From Candidatus Aenigmatarchaeota archaeon (GTDB lineage Archaea; Aenigmatarchaeota; Aenigmatarchaeia; Aenigmatarchaeales; Aenigmatarchaeaceae), in the NCBI GenBank assembly GCA_043802485.1, contig JAZDKZ010000007.1:32001-96000 (forward strand): DNA of 64,000 nucleotides. Direction: 5' to 3'. The notes beneath the pieces are model-generated. The model was not told the DNA's origin. It saw nothing but the letters and a program-made list of their open reading frames with translations, and ran no database searches. Positions 1 to 10,049 of this stretch are shown here, piece after piece. A program made the position numbers and the translations under genes. How positions within the stretch are numbered: position 1 is the stretch's first letter; every line of letters begins with the position of its first letter.

Positions 1-436
1 ACATTTTATACAACGGAATGTTCCATGCGCCTGGCTCTGTCTTGTCTGCCATGAAAATTATGACCGGCTCTGAAGGCCTTTCCTCGAACTCCAGCTCAGC
101 GACTCCAGGACCCATGCCGTGCAGGTTTCCCGAGAAGGTGTCCTTTAGCAAATCCTGGCCTGCTCCGTACAGTTTCAACTCCTTGGCCTTTTCTGTGCAT
201 GTCTTGAAGACGTTCCAGGCCATGCCGTGTATATCGCTGTTGTCATTGCCGTGCTGGTGCGTCATTATCAGCTGCAAATCGTCACCGCATGCCGTAACAT
301 AGAAGTCCTTGATAAAACCCTTGTTCTTCTCCTCCTGTAGTATGTTTCTTGCCATCTGCAGAATTTCAGGGTGGCTTGAAGAATGGCCGACCCAACCACC
401 TATGTCAGCTTTAATCACGCTTAGCGTAGTTCTCAT
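1..436 (-). CDS. fbp: fructose-1,6-bisphosphate aldolase/phosphatase (class V FBPase), runs off left edge
   Basis: Manual translation from ATG at 436: MRTTLSVIKADIGGWVGHSSSHPE...CGDDLQLIMTH...YGAGQDLL...GMGPGVAELEFEERPSEP, the family N-terminus. Not in the ORF track. Confidence 0.93.
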   Translation of the reverse strand, partial: MRTTLSVIKADIGGWVGHSSSHPEILQMARNILQEEKNKGFIKDFYVTACGDDLQLIMTHQHGNDNSDIHGMAWNVFKTCTEKAKELKLYGAGQDLLKDTFSGNLHGMGPGVAELEFEERPSEPVIIFMADKTEPGAWNIPLYKM

Positions 437-521
437 ACATTACATTTTGTAAAAAGTCCCATATAAAGGTTTTGTTGATTTAAAGTAATTCTTTTATTCT
501 GGAAATATCAATATTCTATCT

Positions 522-1700
522 ATGTCAGCCAACCAGGAGACAAGATTAAAGACAGAAAACTTTGATTGGGACAAGAAACAGGTTCTCAAGACTTTCAAAG
601 CTGCTGCTAATCTGTTCGTAAAGGACGTTGGTGGAGAGGTCCAGCTATGGGCTGCTAGCAGGGATTGGTTCATGCACGAGTATGGAAGGGATACGTTCGT
701 ATCGCTGCCAGGCCTACTGCTCACACAAGGAAAGTTCAAGGAAGCGAAACAGGTATTCCAGAGGTTTGCAAAACTGCAGAAGAAAGGTCTAATACCCAAC
801 ACCATACAGAACGGCGCTGCAGAATACAACTCTGCTGACGCTTCCATGTGGTTCATAAACGCGATGAGAAAGTATCTGGAATACACCAATGATTCCAAAT
901 TCGTCAAGGAAATGATGCCTGCAATGAAGAAAATTATGGAAGCTTATGGGAAAGGGACAGCTTACAAGAGATTCGGCAAGAGGCTTAACATCTGGATGGA
1001 CGACGACGGCCTGATAGCAAGCCCTGCCCAGGCTACATGGATGGACGCTGACTGCTTTGGCAAGATTGACCCAATAACGCCGAGGAACGGCAAGGCTGTC
1101 GAGATAAACGTTCTCTGGTATGACAACCTAAAGTTTCTGTCAAAGTTTGACAACGACTATGTTTACCTTGCAGAGAATGTGAAGAAATCTTTCAACAAAA
1201 AGTTCTGGAACAGGTCAGAGAACGCGCTTCACGACGTAATAGGCGGCGACCTGCATGGCAGGGCCGTGCGGCCGAACATGATCTTCGCTGTCCGCAGCGA
1301 CCTGCTGTCCAAGATGAGGCAGAAGCAGGTTGTCAAGAAAGTTGAGAGCGAGCTGCTCACGCCAGGAGGCTTGAGGACCCTGTCTCACAAGGATTCCCAG
1401 TACGTCGGAACCTATGACACCAGCATGCCTTCGGAGGAAAAGGACAATGCATACCATCAGGGAACTGTATGGCCCTGGCTGATTGGCGGTTACTGTGACG
1501 CCCTTGCTAAAGTCGGCAGGGAGAAGGAAATCAAAAAGGTCATTACGCCTCTTACAAGATTCTGTTTGGAAAGCCCTTACAAATCGCTGCCAGAAGTTTT
1601 CTCCGGTGATTCTCCTTATGAGCCTGGCGGAACAACCTCCCAGGCATGGAGTGTTGCAGAAGTTCTGAGAATTCTGGTTGAACATAAATTAATCGAATAA
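522..1700 (+). CDS. amylo-alpha-1,6-glucosidase / glycogen debranching enzyme (GDE_C)
   Basis: YGRDTFVSLPGL, YNSADASMWF, TWMDA, PRNGKAVEIN, AYHQGTVWPWL, SQAWSVAE motifs. Confidence 0.9.
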   Translation: MSANQETRLKTENFDWDKKQVLKTFKAAANLFVKDVGGEVQLWAASRDWFMHEYGRDTFVSLPGLLLTQGKFKEAKQVFQRFAKLQKKGLIPNTIQNGAAEYNSADASMWFINAMRKYLEYTNDSKFVKEMMPAMKKIMEAYGKGTAYKRFGKRLNIWMDDDGLIASPAQATWMDADCFGKIDPITPRNGKAVEINVLWYDNLKFLSKFDNDYVYLAENVKKSFNKKFWNRSENALHDVIGGDLHGRAVRPNMIFAVRSDLLSKMRQKQVVKKVESELLTPGGLRTLSHKDSQYVGTYDTSMPSEEKDNAYHQGTVWPWLIGGYCDALAKVGREKEIKKVITPLTRFCLESPYKSLPEVFSGDSPYEPGGTTSQAWSVAEVLRILVEHKLIE

Positions 1701-1749
1701 AGCACTACACAAACAACACAAATATATAGGGCATCACAATATTCTATAT

Positions 1750-3210
1750 ATGCCAAACATTTTCGATGAAATAAAATCAAAAGACGCTTACAAGATTCTG
1801 ATCAACGGCAAGTGGGTCAACTCTTCCACCAAGAAGACCTCTGAGGTAATGAACCCTGCAGACGGCTCGGTGATTGCCAAGGTGCAGAGAGCGTCCAAGA
1901 TAGACGCAGAAAAGGCGATAAAGGCTGCTTTCGAATCCAAGGCAAAAGCCAACATGCCAGCATTCCAAAGGTGCCAGATTTTGAACAAGATGGCAGACCT
2001 AATCGAAGAGCATTCAGAAGAGTTCCTGGACATTATCTGCAAAGAGTCTGGCAAGACCAAGAGCCTTGCGCAAGGAGAGGTTCATGCTTCAGTAGAAAGG
2101 CTGAGGATGGCCGGTGATGAGGCAACGTGCTTAAGGGGAGAAATAATACAAGGTGATGTTATTTCAAAGACAAAGGCAACAGCCATGGTTGTCAGGCAGC
2201 CTTTGGGAGTCATACTGGCAATAACGCCTTTCAACTATCCGCTGTTCACTGCTATTTCCAAAATTGCGCCTGCCATAGCTGCAGGAAACAGCCTGGTAGT
2301 AAAGCCTGCAAGCGCTGACCCGATATGCCTGCTGATGTTTGGCAGGATAATGCAAGAGGCTGGCATGCCTGACGGAACAGTCAACGTGATAACAGGCTCT
2401 GGCTCAGAGATTGGGGATTTCATGGTTTCTCATCCTGACATCAACATGATATCTTTCACAGGAAGCAGCGCTGCTGGAAAGCATCTGGCAGGCATTGCTG
2501 GCATGAAGAAGCTGCACCTGGAGTTGGGAGGCAAGGCGCCTGCCATTGTATTGGAGGACTGTGACCTTGACAAGGCTGTCAAAGAGTGCCTGGCAGGCTC
2601 GATAAAGTTCTCCGGGCAAAGATGCGACGCGATAAGCAGGGTTCTTGTTGTTGATTCTATAGCAGACCAGTTCGTCTCCAAGACCCTGGAGGAGATAAAG
2701 AAATGGAAGTTCGGCGACCCAAGGCAAGAGGACACTGTTGTCGGTCCCATGATAAGCGAGGGGGCTGCCAAGTTTGTGGAGGAACTGGTGAACGATGCAG
2801 TAAAGAAGGGAGCAAAACTTCTCTTTGGCGGGAAGAGGTTTGAGCATGGCTACTTTGAACCTACGGTTCTGGACAATGTCACAAAGGACATGAGAATCGC
2901 CTGGGAGGAGACCTTCGGCCCTGTCGTCACTATCATAAGAGTCAAGGACTATGAGGAAGCCATCAGCCTCTCAAATGAGTCGGAATACGGTCTAGACTCT
3001 TGCATATTCACACAAGACATTGACAAGGCCTTTGATGCTGGCCGGAGACTGGAATGCGGCTCTGTGCACATAAACGCTCATCCTACGCACGGTATCGGTC
3101 TGTTCACTTTCGGCGGTGACGAGAGCTCTGGCATAGGCAGGCAGGGCATCATGCACAGCGCAGAGGACATGACCAAGCCTCACACGATTGTGCTGCATCC
3201 GAAAGAATAG
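1750..3210 (+). CDS. gapN: aldehyde dehydrogenase, probably non-phosphorylating GAPDH (GAPN)
   Basis: ITPFNYP, FTGSS, LELGGK, FSGQRCDAI, EETFGP motifs; sugar gene context. Confidence 0.8.
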   Translation: MPNIFDEIKSKDAYKILINGKWVNSSTKKTSEVMNPADGSVIAKVQRASKIDAEKAIKAAFESKAKANMPAFQRCQILNKMADLIEEHSEEFLDIICKESGKTKSLAQGEVHASVERLRMAGDEATCLRGEIIQGDVISKTKATAMVVRQPLGVILAITPFNYPLFTAISKIAPAIAAGNSLVVKPASADPICLLMFGRIMQEAGMPDGTVNVITGSGSEIGDFMVSHPDINMISFTGSSAAGKHLAGIAGMKKLHLELGGKAPAIVLEDCDLDKAVKECLAGSIKFSGQRCDAISRVLVVDSIADQFVSKTLEEIKKWKFGDPRQEDTVVGPMISEGAAKFVEELVNDAVKKGAKLLFGGKRFEHGYFEPTVLDNVTKDMRIAWEETFGPVVTIIRVKDYEEAISLSNESEYGLDSCIFTQDIDKAFDAGRRLECGSVHINAHPTHGIGLFTFGGDESSGIGRQGIMHSAEDMTKPHTIVLHPKE

Positions 3211-3280
3211 TTATTTTCTTTAAAAATCTTGTAGCATACGCAGCCTTTACTTATTTTAAAACCAGCGCCAATTATATTAT

Positions 3281-4609
3281 ATGGTGTTGTTCAGAGCCTA
3301 TGACATACGGGGCGTCTACAAGAAGGACTTGGACGAGAAGATAATGCTGAAACTGGGCAAGGCGCTCGGAACCATTCTCAAAGGGAACAAGAACATAGCA
3401 GTAGGCTATGACACGAGGCTTTCTTCGAAAAGATTGTTCGACCAGTTCGCAAAAGGAATAATGTCAACAGGCTGCAATGTCATATCCTTGGGAATGGTCA
3501 CCACCCCGATGCTAAACTTCTATGCTTGGAAAAACAAGACCTATGGAGCAATGATCAGCGCGTCCCACAACCCAAAGGATTGGAACGGCCTGAAGATCAT
3601 CAGACCGTCTGGCGTAAGCTTCATCAACGAGATGGACGAGCTGAAGAAGACCTTCAAGTTCAACAAGTTCATTAGCGGCAGCGGCAAGATGACGAAAAAG
3701 AACGTCATTGAGGAATACTCAACCTTCATCAGGAGGAAGCTAGGCCGCATCAAGAAAAAGGTTGTCGTCGAATTTTTCGGCGGCGCCGGCGTTGCAACGC
3801 TTCCCATACTGAAACAACTAGGACTGGACGTGACAAGCCTGCACGACGTGCCTGACTGCAACTTCTTTGGTTTCGAGAGGCCTGACCCGCAAAAGCCAGG
3901 CAACCTGAAGATGATCAAAGAAACGGTCAAGGAAAAGGAAGCCGAATTTGGGGTGGCCTTTGACGGCGACGGAGACAGGGCCATATTCATAGACGACAAG
4001 GGCAATGAGCTTAACACGAGCATGGCAATGGCCGTATTCATAGACTATATACTAAGCAAGAAAAGAAGGGGTAAAATAATAATCACAAGGGATTCGGCCA
4101 GCGGCCTCAAGGAGCTGACAGAAAAGTTAGGTGGGAAGCTGATATGGGGCAAGATAGGGCACGGCTACATGGAAAGGAGGATATCCTTTGAAAATGCCCT
4201 TTTCGGCGGGGAGCAGAGCGGCCACCTGTCTTTTGGTGATTTTTACCCGTTCTCGGACGGCTTTCTGGCAGCAGCCTACATGGCCAAGATACTCTCGGAA
4301 AGCGGGGAGAAGCTATCCACTGTCACGAGCAAAAAGGAATTCTCGGGAATAAACCAGATAGGCAAGTTCTACATCGATGCCAAATCTAGGGAGAACATGG
4401 TCAAGGTGATAAAGAAGCTGAAGAAGAAATACCACAATGACCAGCAGGTCATGGGCGGGGTCAGGATAAAGCTGAGCAGGTCCGAGTGGGTGCTTATGCG
4501 GCCAAGCCAAGAAACCCCTGAAATAAACCTGTGCATAGAGGCGAAGACCAAGACAAAGCTGAACGAGCTTTTCCAAAAGTATTCGAAGGTTGTCAGAAAG
4601 TTTATCTGA
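3281..4609 (+). CDS. phosphoglucomutase/phosphomannomutase
   Basis: FRAYDIRG, SASHNP, FDGDGDR, GEQSGH motifs. Confidence 0.93.
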   Translation: MVLFRAYDIRGVYKKDLDEKIMLKLGKALGTILKGNKNIAVGYDTRLSSKRLFDQFAKGIMSTGCNVISLGMVTTPMLNFYAWKNKTYGAMISASHNPKDWNGLKIIRPSGVSFINEMDELKKTFKFNKFISGSGKMTKKNVIEEYSTFIRRKLGRIKKKVVVEFFGGAGVATLPILKQLGLDVTSLHDVPDCNFFGFERPDPQKPGNLKMIKETVKEKEAEFGVAFDGDGDRAIFIDDKGNELNTSMAMAVFIDYILSKKRRGKIIITRDSASGLKELTEKLGGKLIWGKIGHGYMERRISFENALFGGEQSGHLSFGDFYPFSDGFLAAAYMAKILSESGEKLSTVTSKKEFSGINQIGKFYIDAKSRENMVKVIKKLKKKYHNDQQVMGGVRIKLSRSEWVLMRPSQETPEINLCIEAKTKTKLNELFQKYSKVVRKFI

Positions 4610-5108
4610 CAATCGCATAAGGTGTAATCTCTTCCAGAATTTCTTGCGGGCTCTTTTCTGGGTCATATTTTTTCTCTTTAAAAATCTTCTTCAACTTCTC
4701 GCCTATAACAGGGCTCCTCATAACAGTGTCAAGAAGCGTTGCCTCGTTCTTGTAGAGGTAATGACCAATTTCTCCATTCACCTTTATTTCTGTGTTTTGA
4801 CCATTATCCCCAAGATATATTGGTACCTCTTCGGAAAGTCGTTCATCCTCAACAAAAACTTTCCACTTTGAACGACCCTTACTAACACTTACTTTATCAA
4901 AAGTCTGCTTCAAGTAGGACAAGATACCTTCTAAATCTCCGTCATTTAGCTTTACAGGAGGGAATAATGATTTGTCAAAAATATTATGTTTATACCTTAT
5001 ACCGTAGACAGTACCTTCTCCTGTTTGTTGACTAATAAACCTTATGTCGCAGACAATACTTTCTCCTGTCTGCTGACTATTTTTTTCCTTTTCAAAAATA
5101 GCAGACAT
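4602..5108 (-). CDS. hypothetical protein with N-terminal 15-aa duplication
   Basis: 168-aa AT-richer ORF filling the gap between PGM and the GalT-like gene. Confidence 0.65.
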   Translation of the reverse strand: MSAIFEKEKNSQQTGESIVCDIRFISQQTGEGTVYGIRYKHNIFDKSLFPPVKLNDGDLEGILSYLKQTFDKVSVSKGRSKWKVFVEDERLSEEVPIYLGDNGQNTEIKVNGEIGHYLYKNEATLLDTVMRSPVIGEKLKKIFKEKKYDPEKSPQEILEEITPYAIVR

Positions 5109-5139
5109 ACTTTGTGTTAGAATCTGAGAAATTTAAGTC

Positions 5140-6150
5140 TTATCCAATCTGCCTCGCCAGTTCTGCAATCTTTTCAGGATCTATGTGAGGGACTGTCTCG
5201 CCCATGAACTCAAGATAGCCCTCCCAGACCTTCAGCGCCTTGTTCATTGGAGCCCTTGGGAACACCCTGAACTGGTTGCAATAATCATCATCCTGAGCTG
5301 CCGAGAGGTTCACGATATTCATCTGGTCGCTTATCTCGCTCACTATGCTGACAGACCTCTGCAAGAATCTGGCCACAGCATCCGTCTCTTTCTCGCTCAT
5401 CGTTACGAATGATGGGCTTTCAAGGTTGATTATGACAAGTTCCACCTTGCCAAAGACAGGCGACCATTCGACGTACAGAACAGTCTTCGACTCCTCATCA
5501 AAGTCAACGACCATGTCAATATTGTTCATAGCTTTGACCCAAGACTTCCAGTAAGCGCGGTTTGACCTTTCCATCGAAAGCTGGGTTCTTGCCAAAGGCA
5601 TGTCCTCGCAGTGGAATTGACCATGGAAATGCTCCAGTGATGCGGCTGCCTTTGAGCCGAAATTATTATGAAGTGAAACATAACTTTTCTTGGTCAGCTT
5701 ACCTATCTTTTTGACAAGGTTCAGGCTGTCGAGCCAGTTCTCCATTGTGAGGTCCTTTGGACGAATGATGTGCTGCTTGTAATTGTAAACGACGACACCG
5801 TGGATTTCGCCACTGGTGAACCAGTTAGAAAACGACATGGAATCGTTGAGAAAGTACTGCTTCTCAAGCCCTGTTTCAGGAGCGAACTTGGCGCACTTTT
5901 CCGGGTCGCAGAACATGCAATCGTCGGACAGAATCTTGGGCCTTAGGTCGGCTGTTATCTCCAGCTTCCTCATCTCCCTTCCAGGCGCGACCCTTGACTT
6001 TGAGAGAAACGCAGGGTTGTCCCTTATCTTTATGTCGAAAGATACCGGACCGCCAGTCGGGTCAAGAACATGGGACGTTATGTCCTTCTCCAGCGCTCCC
6101 AAATCAGTTGCTTGGACGTCCTTCAGATACGCGTCAAGTTCTTTTAGCAT
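5140..6150 (-). CDS. GalT/HIT-like nucleotidyltransferase
   Basis: CMFC zinc motif and AAASLEHFHGQ (HxHxQ) motif. Confidence 0.75.
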   Translation of the reverse strand: MLKELDAYLKDVQATDLGALEKDITSHVLDPTGGPVSFDIKIRDNPAFLSKSRVAPGREMRKLEITADLRPKILSDDCMFCDPEKCAKFAPETGLEKQYFLNDSMSFSNWFTSGEIHGVVVYNYKQHIIRPKDLTMENWLDSLNLVKKIGKLTKKSYVSLHNNFGSKAAASLEHFHGQFHCEDMPLARTQLSMERSNRAYWKSWVKAMNNIDMVVDFDEESKTVLYVEWSPVFGKVELVIINLESPSFVTMSEKETDAVARFLQRSVSIVSEISDQMNIVNLSAAQDDDYCNQFRVFPRAPMNKALKVWEGYLEFMGETVPHIDPEKIAELARQIG

Positions 6151-6191
6151 AACAATAATTTATTAACCTTTATTAATATCTTATTCTTACA

Positions 6192-6276
6192 GTCCCCATA
6201 GTTCAATGGATAGAATTGCTCCCTGCGGTTCCTTAGCAGAAAGGAGCAGATTTGGGTTCGAATCCCAATGGGGACA
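6192..6276 (+). tRNA. tRNA-Arg(GCG) with 13-nt intron at 37/38 (6229-6241)
   Basis: Acceptor GTCCCCA/TGGGGAC, anticodon stem GCTCC/GGAGC, GTTCGAATC T-loop; CTGC pairs with intronic GCAG. Confidence 0.92.
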
Positions 6277-6305
6277 TTAATATTTACAAATTTCATATTC
6301 TTTTT

Positions 6306-6596
6306 ATGGCAATAAGGTCGCCGCTGGTCATCCTGTTCGAACTACTGGCAAGTTTGATATTGAATATAATCGAGAGCTTTGTGACCATATACACCAAGCT
6401 GATAGAGCTGTTCGTCACGCTGGGCTTTATTTCAGGCCTGAGCCCGCTGGGCTTTATAGTCGCCCTGTTCGTCGGGTCGCTGGTAGTTTATTTTGTGATA
6501 AAGTTCGTGTTCGGCTCTTCGAGAATGCTGGTGTTCATATTCCTGTTCTACTTTGCAATACTGGTGCTGTTATCGATATCAATGCTATTTGTTTAG
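6306..6596 (+). CDS. small membrane protein
   Basis: Hydrophobic ORF; ATG at 6306 chosen because the longer call overlaps the tRNA. Confidence 0.7.
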   Translation: MAIRSPLVILFELLASLILNIIESFVTIYTKLIELFVTLGFISGLSPLGFIVALFVGSLVVYFVIKFVFGSSRMLVFIFLFYFAILVLLSISMLFV

Positions 6597-7277
6597 TTCC
6601 CTTGAGACCTCGAGAAGTAGCTTTTCTGTCTTTGATGTGTCGTACTTGTGCTTTGTCACAAACTCAACCGAGGTAACGAAACCGTCCAGGGTGAAGCTTG
6701 GAGTCACCTCGATGTAGGCTTTGGACGACCTGGCAAAGCCTCTTAACTTCCTGTTCCTGTTCAAGAGCTTGCTGGCCTCCTTGTTCTTGCCGCTGAGCAA
6801 CGCCACTATTCTGGCTATGCTCACCGAGAAGATGTAGAATCCCAGAACAAATATTACCACCAGGAACGATGCCCTCAGCGGTATCATGTTCGGGGCTTCG
6901 AACAAAGTTGACATTATGAGATACGAAGTGTACAGAAGGAAAGTGCCTAACAGGAAGAGGAACCCGACCTCTATGGGCATGTCCCTGAAATCTGCAGGCC
7001 TGAACCTTTTCTCGTTCTTGTCGTATTTCACCCACAAGTCCCTTGGCTTGAAGAACGACCTAAATAGGAACGAATGCCCGAAGGTGACCTCCTCTATCTT
7101 GACGCTTCCTTTTTTCTTCCTCTTCGTGCTGTCCACGAACCTTGCCAGGCACGCTGCCAGGAAGACTGCCGACAGTATGGCGAAGATTCCAGCTATCGCT
7201 GTCGAGAACGGATAGAAGATGAAGATGAATACGAAGGACGCTGCGAACAGGCCTGTCAAAAATCTTAGGGTTTTCAT
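6585..7277 (-). CDS. hypothetical membrane protein
   Basis: 230 aa, about 4 hydrophobic segments. Confidence 0.7.
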   Translation of the reverse strand: MKTLRFLTGLFAASFVFIFIFYPFSTAIAGIFAILSAVFLAACLARFVDSTKRKKKGSVKIEEVTFGHSFLFRSFFKPRDLWVKYDKNEKRFRPADFRDMPIEVGFLFLLGTFLLYTSYLIMSTLFEAPNMIPLRASFLVVIFVLGFYIFSVSIARIVALLSGKNKEASKLLNRNRKLRGFARSSKAYIEVTPSFTLDGFVTSVEFVTKHKYDTSKTEKLLLEVSRELNK

Positions 7278-7365
7278 ATACTTTATAGAGAATTTTTGGC
7301 TTATATTAGTTTGTGAAAGAGGAAGACAAACGAATATAAATTGGTATTATTTTATATAATATTTT

Positions 7366-7911
7366 ATGAGTATTTTCAAGAAATTAAATAATTTTATTTG
7401 TAATACATCGACTCATATAATTGCAGTTTTTTATACTCTTTTATTTATTCCGTTAACTCTTCCTTGGTTCATTTTATTAAATTTAAGTTTTTTATCATCA
7501 ATTCTAATATCATTTTTATTCATATCAGTTCACAGAATAATTGACTATTATTCTACATACATTTTTTCAAAGGAATTTGATAGGGATTTTCGTAAATATA
7601 AATTAGAAAAATATTATAGAGAGATGTCTCCACTTTTACCAAAACATCCTACTAAAAGAAGCATATTTTCTTATAAAAATATATTTTTAACTTTATTTGT
7701 TTTTGTAATTCTTTTTGGATTGCCTACATGGTGGTATCAATCGTATGATTATGGTACTACAATATGCTTTTCATTCTTGATGTCAATACCAATTATATAT
7801 TTGAACAACACGCTGGTAACATACGACATAAGGAATTCTAAGAGAATCGCTAAAGAGGTTGAAAGTTGTAAAAGAAACGATAAAAAGAAAAAAATAATCC
7901 TTAAATCCTAA
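7366..7911 (+). CDS. AT-rich hypothetical membrane protein
   Basis: 181 aa, hydrophobic segments, very AT-rich. Confidence 0.6.
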   Translation: MSIFKKLNNFICNTSTHIIAVFYTLLFIPLTLPWFILLNLSFLSSILISFLFISVHRIIDYYSTYIFSKEFDRDFRKYKLEKYYREMSPLLPKHPTKRSIFSYKNIFLTLFVFVILFGLPTWWYQSYDYGTTICFSFLMSIPIIYLNNTLVTYDIRNSKRIAKEVESCKRNDKKKKIILKS

Positions 7912-7930
7912 TTTCTCCATATTCTCTTCC

Positions 7931-8260
7931 ATGATAACGTTCGACGATTTCCAGAAAGTGGACATAAGGATTGGAAAAATCCTGTCAGTGGAGGACGCGG
8001 AAACAAGGAAGCCCATGTTCAAGATAAAACTAGATTTCGGAGAGCTGGGCATCAAGCAGACCATAGCAGGACTGAAAGATTTCTATGAAAAGGAAGAACT
8101 GGAAGGCAAGATGGTCGCAGCCGTGGTAAACTTGGAGCCAAGGAAGATGGGACCGGAAGTTTCAGAATGCATGATAATGGCCGCGGTCGTGGGCGACGAC
8201 GAGAAAGTGACAGTCCTGAACCCGCAGAGCGACATAGACCCTGGCGCCAAGGTCTACTGA
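7931..8260 (+). CDS. tRNA-binding OB-fold protein (Trbp111/CsaA/MetRS C-terminal-like)
   Basis: FDDFQKVDIRIGKI...VVNLEPRKMG..SECMIMA. Confidence 0.9.
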   Translation: MITFDDFQKVDIRIGKILSVEDAETRKPMFKIKLDFGELGIKQTIAGLKDFYEKEELEGKMVAAVVNLEPRKMGPEVSECMIMAAVVGDDEKVTVLNPQSDIDPGAKVY

Positions 8261-8832
8261 TATATCTTCAGAACGTGGGCAAGCACGACGACAGCAAAGG
8301 CAAACCCAAGGGAAACAGCAATGTCCACCCAATGAGTAAGAACGTGACCCATGCTCCATTCTACAGACTCCCTGCCCAGGTACCATGCCACATTATCCAA
8401 AGCCAGGTACATCATGAACAAGGTGAACAGCACTAAAAACAGAAATATCTTTCTCAGCTGATTCAGCGAACCAAGCAGACCACCAAGCATGCCGAACACA
8501 GCACCTATGGCAGCCAGCATCACTACAGAAGCGAAAGGTATGCCGCTGATGCTGAAAGGTGATATCGAATTCTCGATGGAAGCTGAAAGCGATACGCCGT
8601 AGACAGTGGGAACAGACATGGCAACAATGCCTAAAGCAAGACCGCCTATAATGCCTACCAAGAAACCGTTCTTGGCTCCGTCCAGACTCTTAACCTTGAA
8701 GCCTGCGTAGATGCCAGCGACAAGCGCAGCTACCACCAGGGCCCATGAAAGCAACGGAGCGACAAGAAAGCCTATGAGAACTGACCAGACCATGTATATC
8801 AAAGAGCCGATGACAATCTTGTGGACATTCAT
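8254..8832 (-). CDS. Gly-rich membrane protein (DUF5518-like), paralog 2
   Basis: Gly-rich TM helices; LDNVAW...HV motif shared with neighbour. Confidence 0.7.
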   Translation of the reverse strand: MNVHKIVIGSLIYMVWSVLIGFLVAPLLSWALVVAALVAGIYAGFKVKSLDGAKNGFLVGIIGGLALGIVAMSVPTVYGVSLSASIENSISPFSISGIPFASVVMLAAIGAVFGMLGGLLGSLNQLRKIFLFLVLFTLFMMYLALDNVAWYLGRESVEWSMGHVLTHWVDIAVSLGFAFAVVVLAHVLKIYQ

Positions 8833-9449
8833 CTTTTCTCATCCTTCTTGAACAGGTTCATAATATAGGTAAGAACTGTGACAAAGGCAGCGAATATCAC
8901 GGCAACAATGATGTCAATCTCGTTATGAAACACATGGGAAAAGCTGTCCGTCCAGGTCCAGTTTGGAGTCTGGATGTTCCAGGCAGCGTTGTCCACGGCT
9001 CCCAAAAGTATGAAAAGGAAGAACATGACCGCAAACAGGAAACCCGGCTTCAGTATCCTTATCGTCCCGAGCAGTCCGCCCACAGAACCGAACAGCAGCC
9101 CTATCACCGCAAGCATGGTGGCTGAAAAAAGATACGAGGAAGGCGTTATCGAGCTTATCAGAGGAGCCAAATGCTCAGTTATGGATATGGAAATGGGTAT
9201 GCCGAACACTTCCTTGACACTTGATGACACCAAACCAGTGGCAAGGCCTCCAGCCAAGCCTGCGATCAGGCCGTTGGCCATGCCATAAACAAGACTGGAG
9301 CCGTAGCCAGCGTAGACCCCAACAGAAAAGGCGGCTATTATGGCAGCATACGGTTCGAGTTCGGGCACAAAGTAGCCTATCAATATAACAGAGATGCTGA
9401 ACAGCGCTGCTCCGTACACTATCTTGGCAGAATTAAGCTTTTGATCCAT
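8829..9449 (-). CDS. Gly-rich membrane protein (DUF5518-like), paralog 1
   Basis: GVYAGY, GGLLG, VDNAAW...HV motifs; 4-nt overlap with the paralog. Confidence 0.7.
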   Translation of the reverse strand: MDQKLNSAKIVYGAALFSISVILIGYFVPELEPYAAIIAAFSVGVYAGYGSSLVYGMANGLIAGLAGGLATGLVSSSVKEVFGIPISISITEHLAPLISSITPSSYLFSATMLAVIGLLFGSVGGLLGTIRILKPGFLFAVMFFLFILLGAVDNAAWNIQTPNWTWTDSFSHVFHNEIDIIVAVIFAAFVTVLTYIMNLFKKDEKR

Positions 9450-9508
9450 CCAGATTAACCTTTGGAATGATTTAAATATAAAATCAATATATTAGATTTA
9501 GTGAATTT

Positions 9509-10048
9509 ATGGTTGATTTGTGGATAGAGTTCGTGAAAGCGCTTCTGATACTGCTTCCCGCCTTTGCGGCGAACGCCTTCCCGCCTCTTGCAAAAGGCAA
9601 AAGACCCATTGACTTTGGAAAAAAGCTGTTAGGCAACAGGATTTTCGGGGACGGCAAGACCATCGAAGGCTTCATCCTTGGAACAGCAGCAGGCTTCCTG
9701 GTCGGAGCAGTAGAAACCTTGCTGTATCCGAACCTTAACGCGTACGCGATGCAATATGGAGTCACGCTGCCATTGATGACGATGACAGTCGGCTTTCTGA
9801 TTTCATTCGGGGCATTGATAGGAGACCTTGTAGGAAGCTTCTTCAAGAGAAGGTTCGGATTGGAGAGAGGAGCCAACGTTCCTTTCCTGGACCAATGGAA
9901 CTTTATAGTGATGGCAGTGCTGTTCTCGATCTGGTTCACAGAGATAAGCATCTGGATGTTCGTCATAATGCTGTTAACAACCCTAATTGTTCATAGGGCA
10001 GCCAACATCATAGCGCACAGGCTGAAGATAAAGAGGGAGCCGTGGTAA
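9509..10048 (+). CDS. carS: CDP-archaeol synthase
   Basis: PAFAAN, PIDFG, GDGKTIEG, GDLVGSFFKRR, PFLDQ, KREPW. Confidence 0.92.
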   Translation: MVDLWIEFVKALLILLPAFAANAFPPLAKGKRPIDFGKKLLGNRIFGDGKTIEGFILGTAAGFLVGAVETLLYPNLNAYAMQYGVTLPLMTMTVGFLISFGALIGDLVGSFFKRRFGLERGANVPFLDQWNFIVMAVLFSIWFTEISIWMFVIMLLTTLIVHRAANIIAHRLKIKREPW

Positions 10049-10049
10049 A

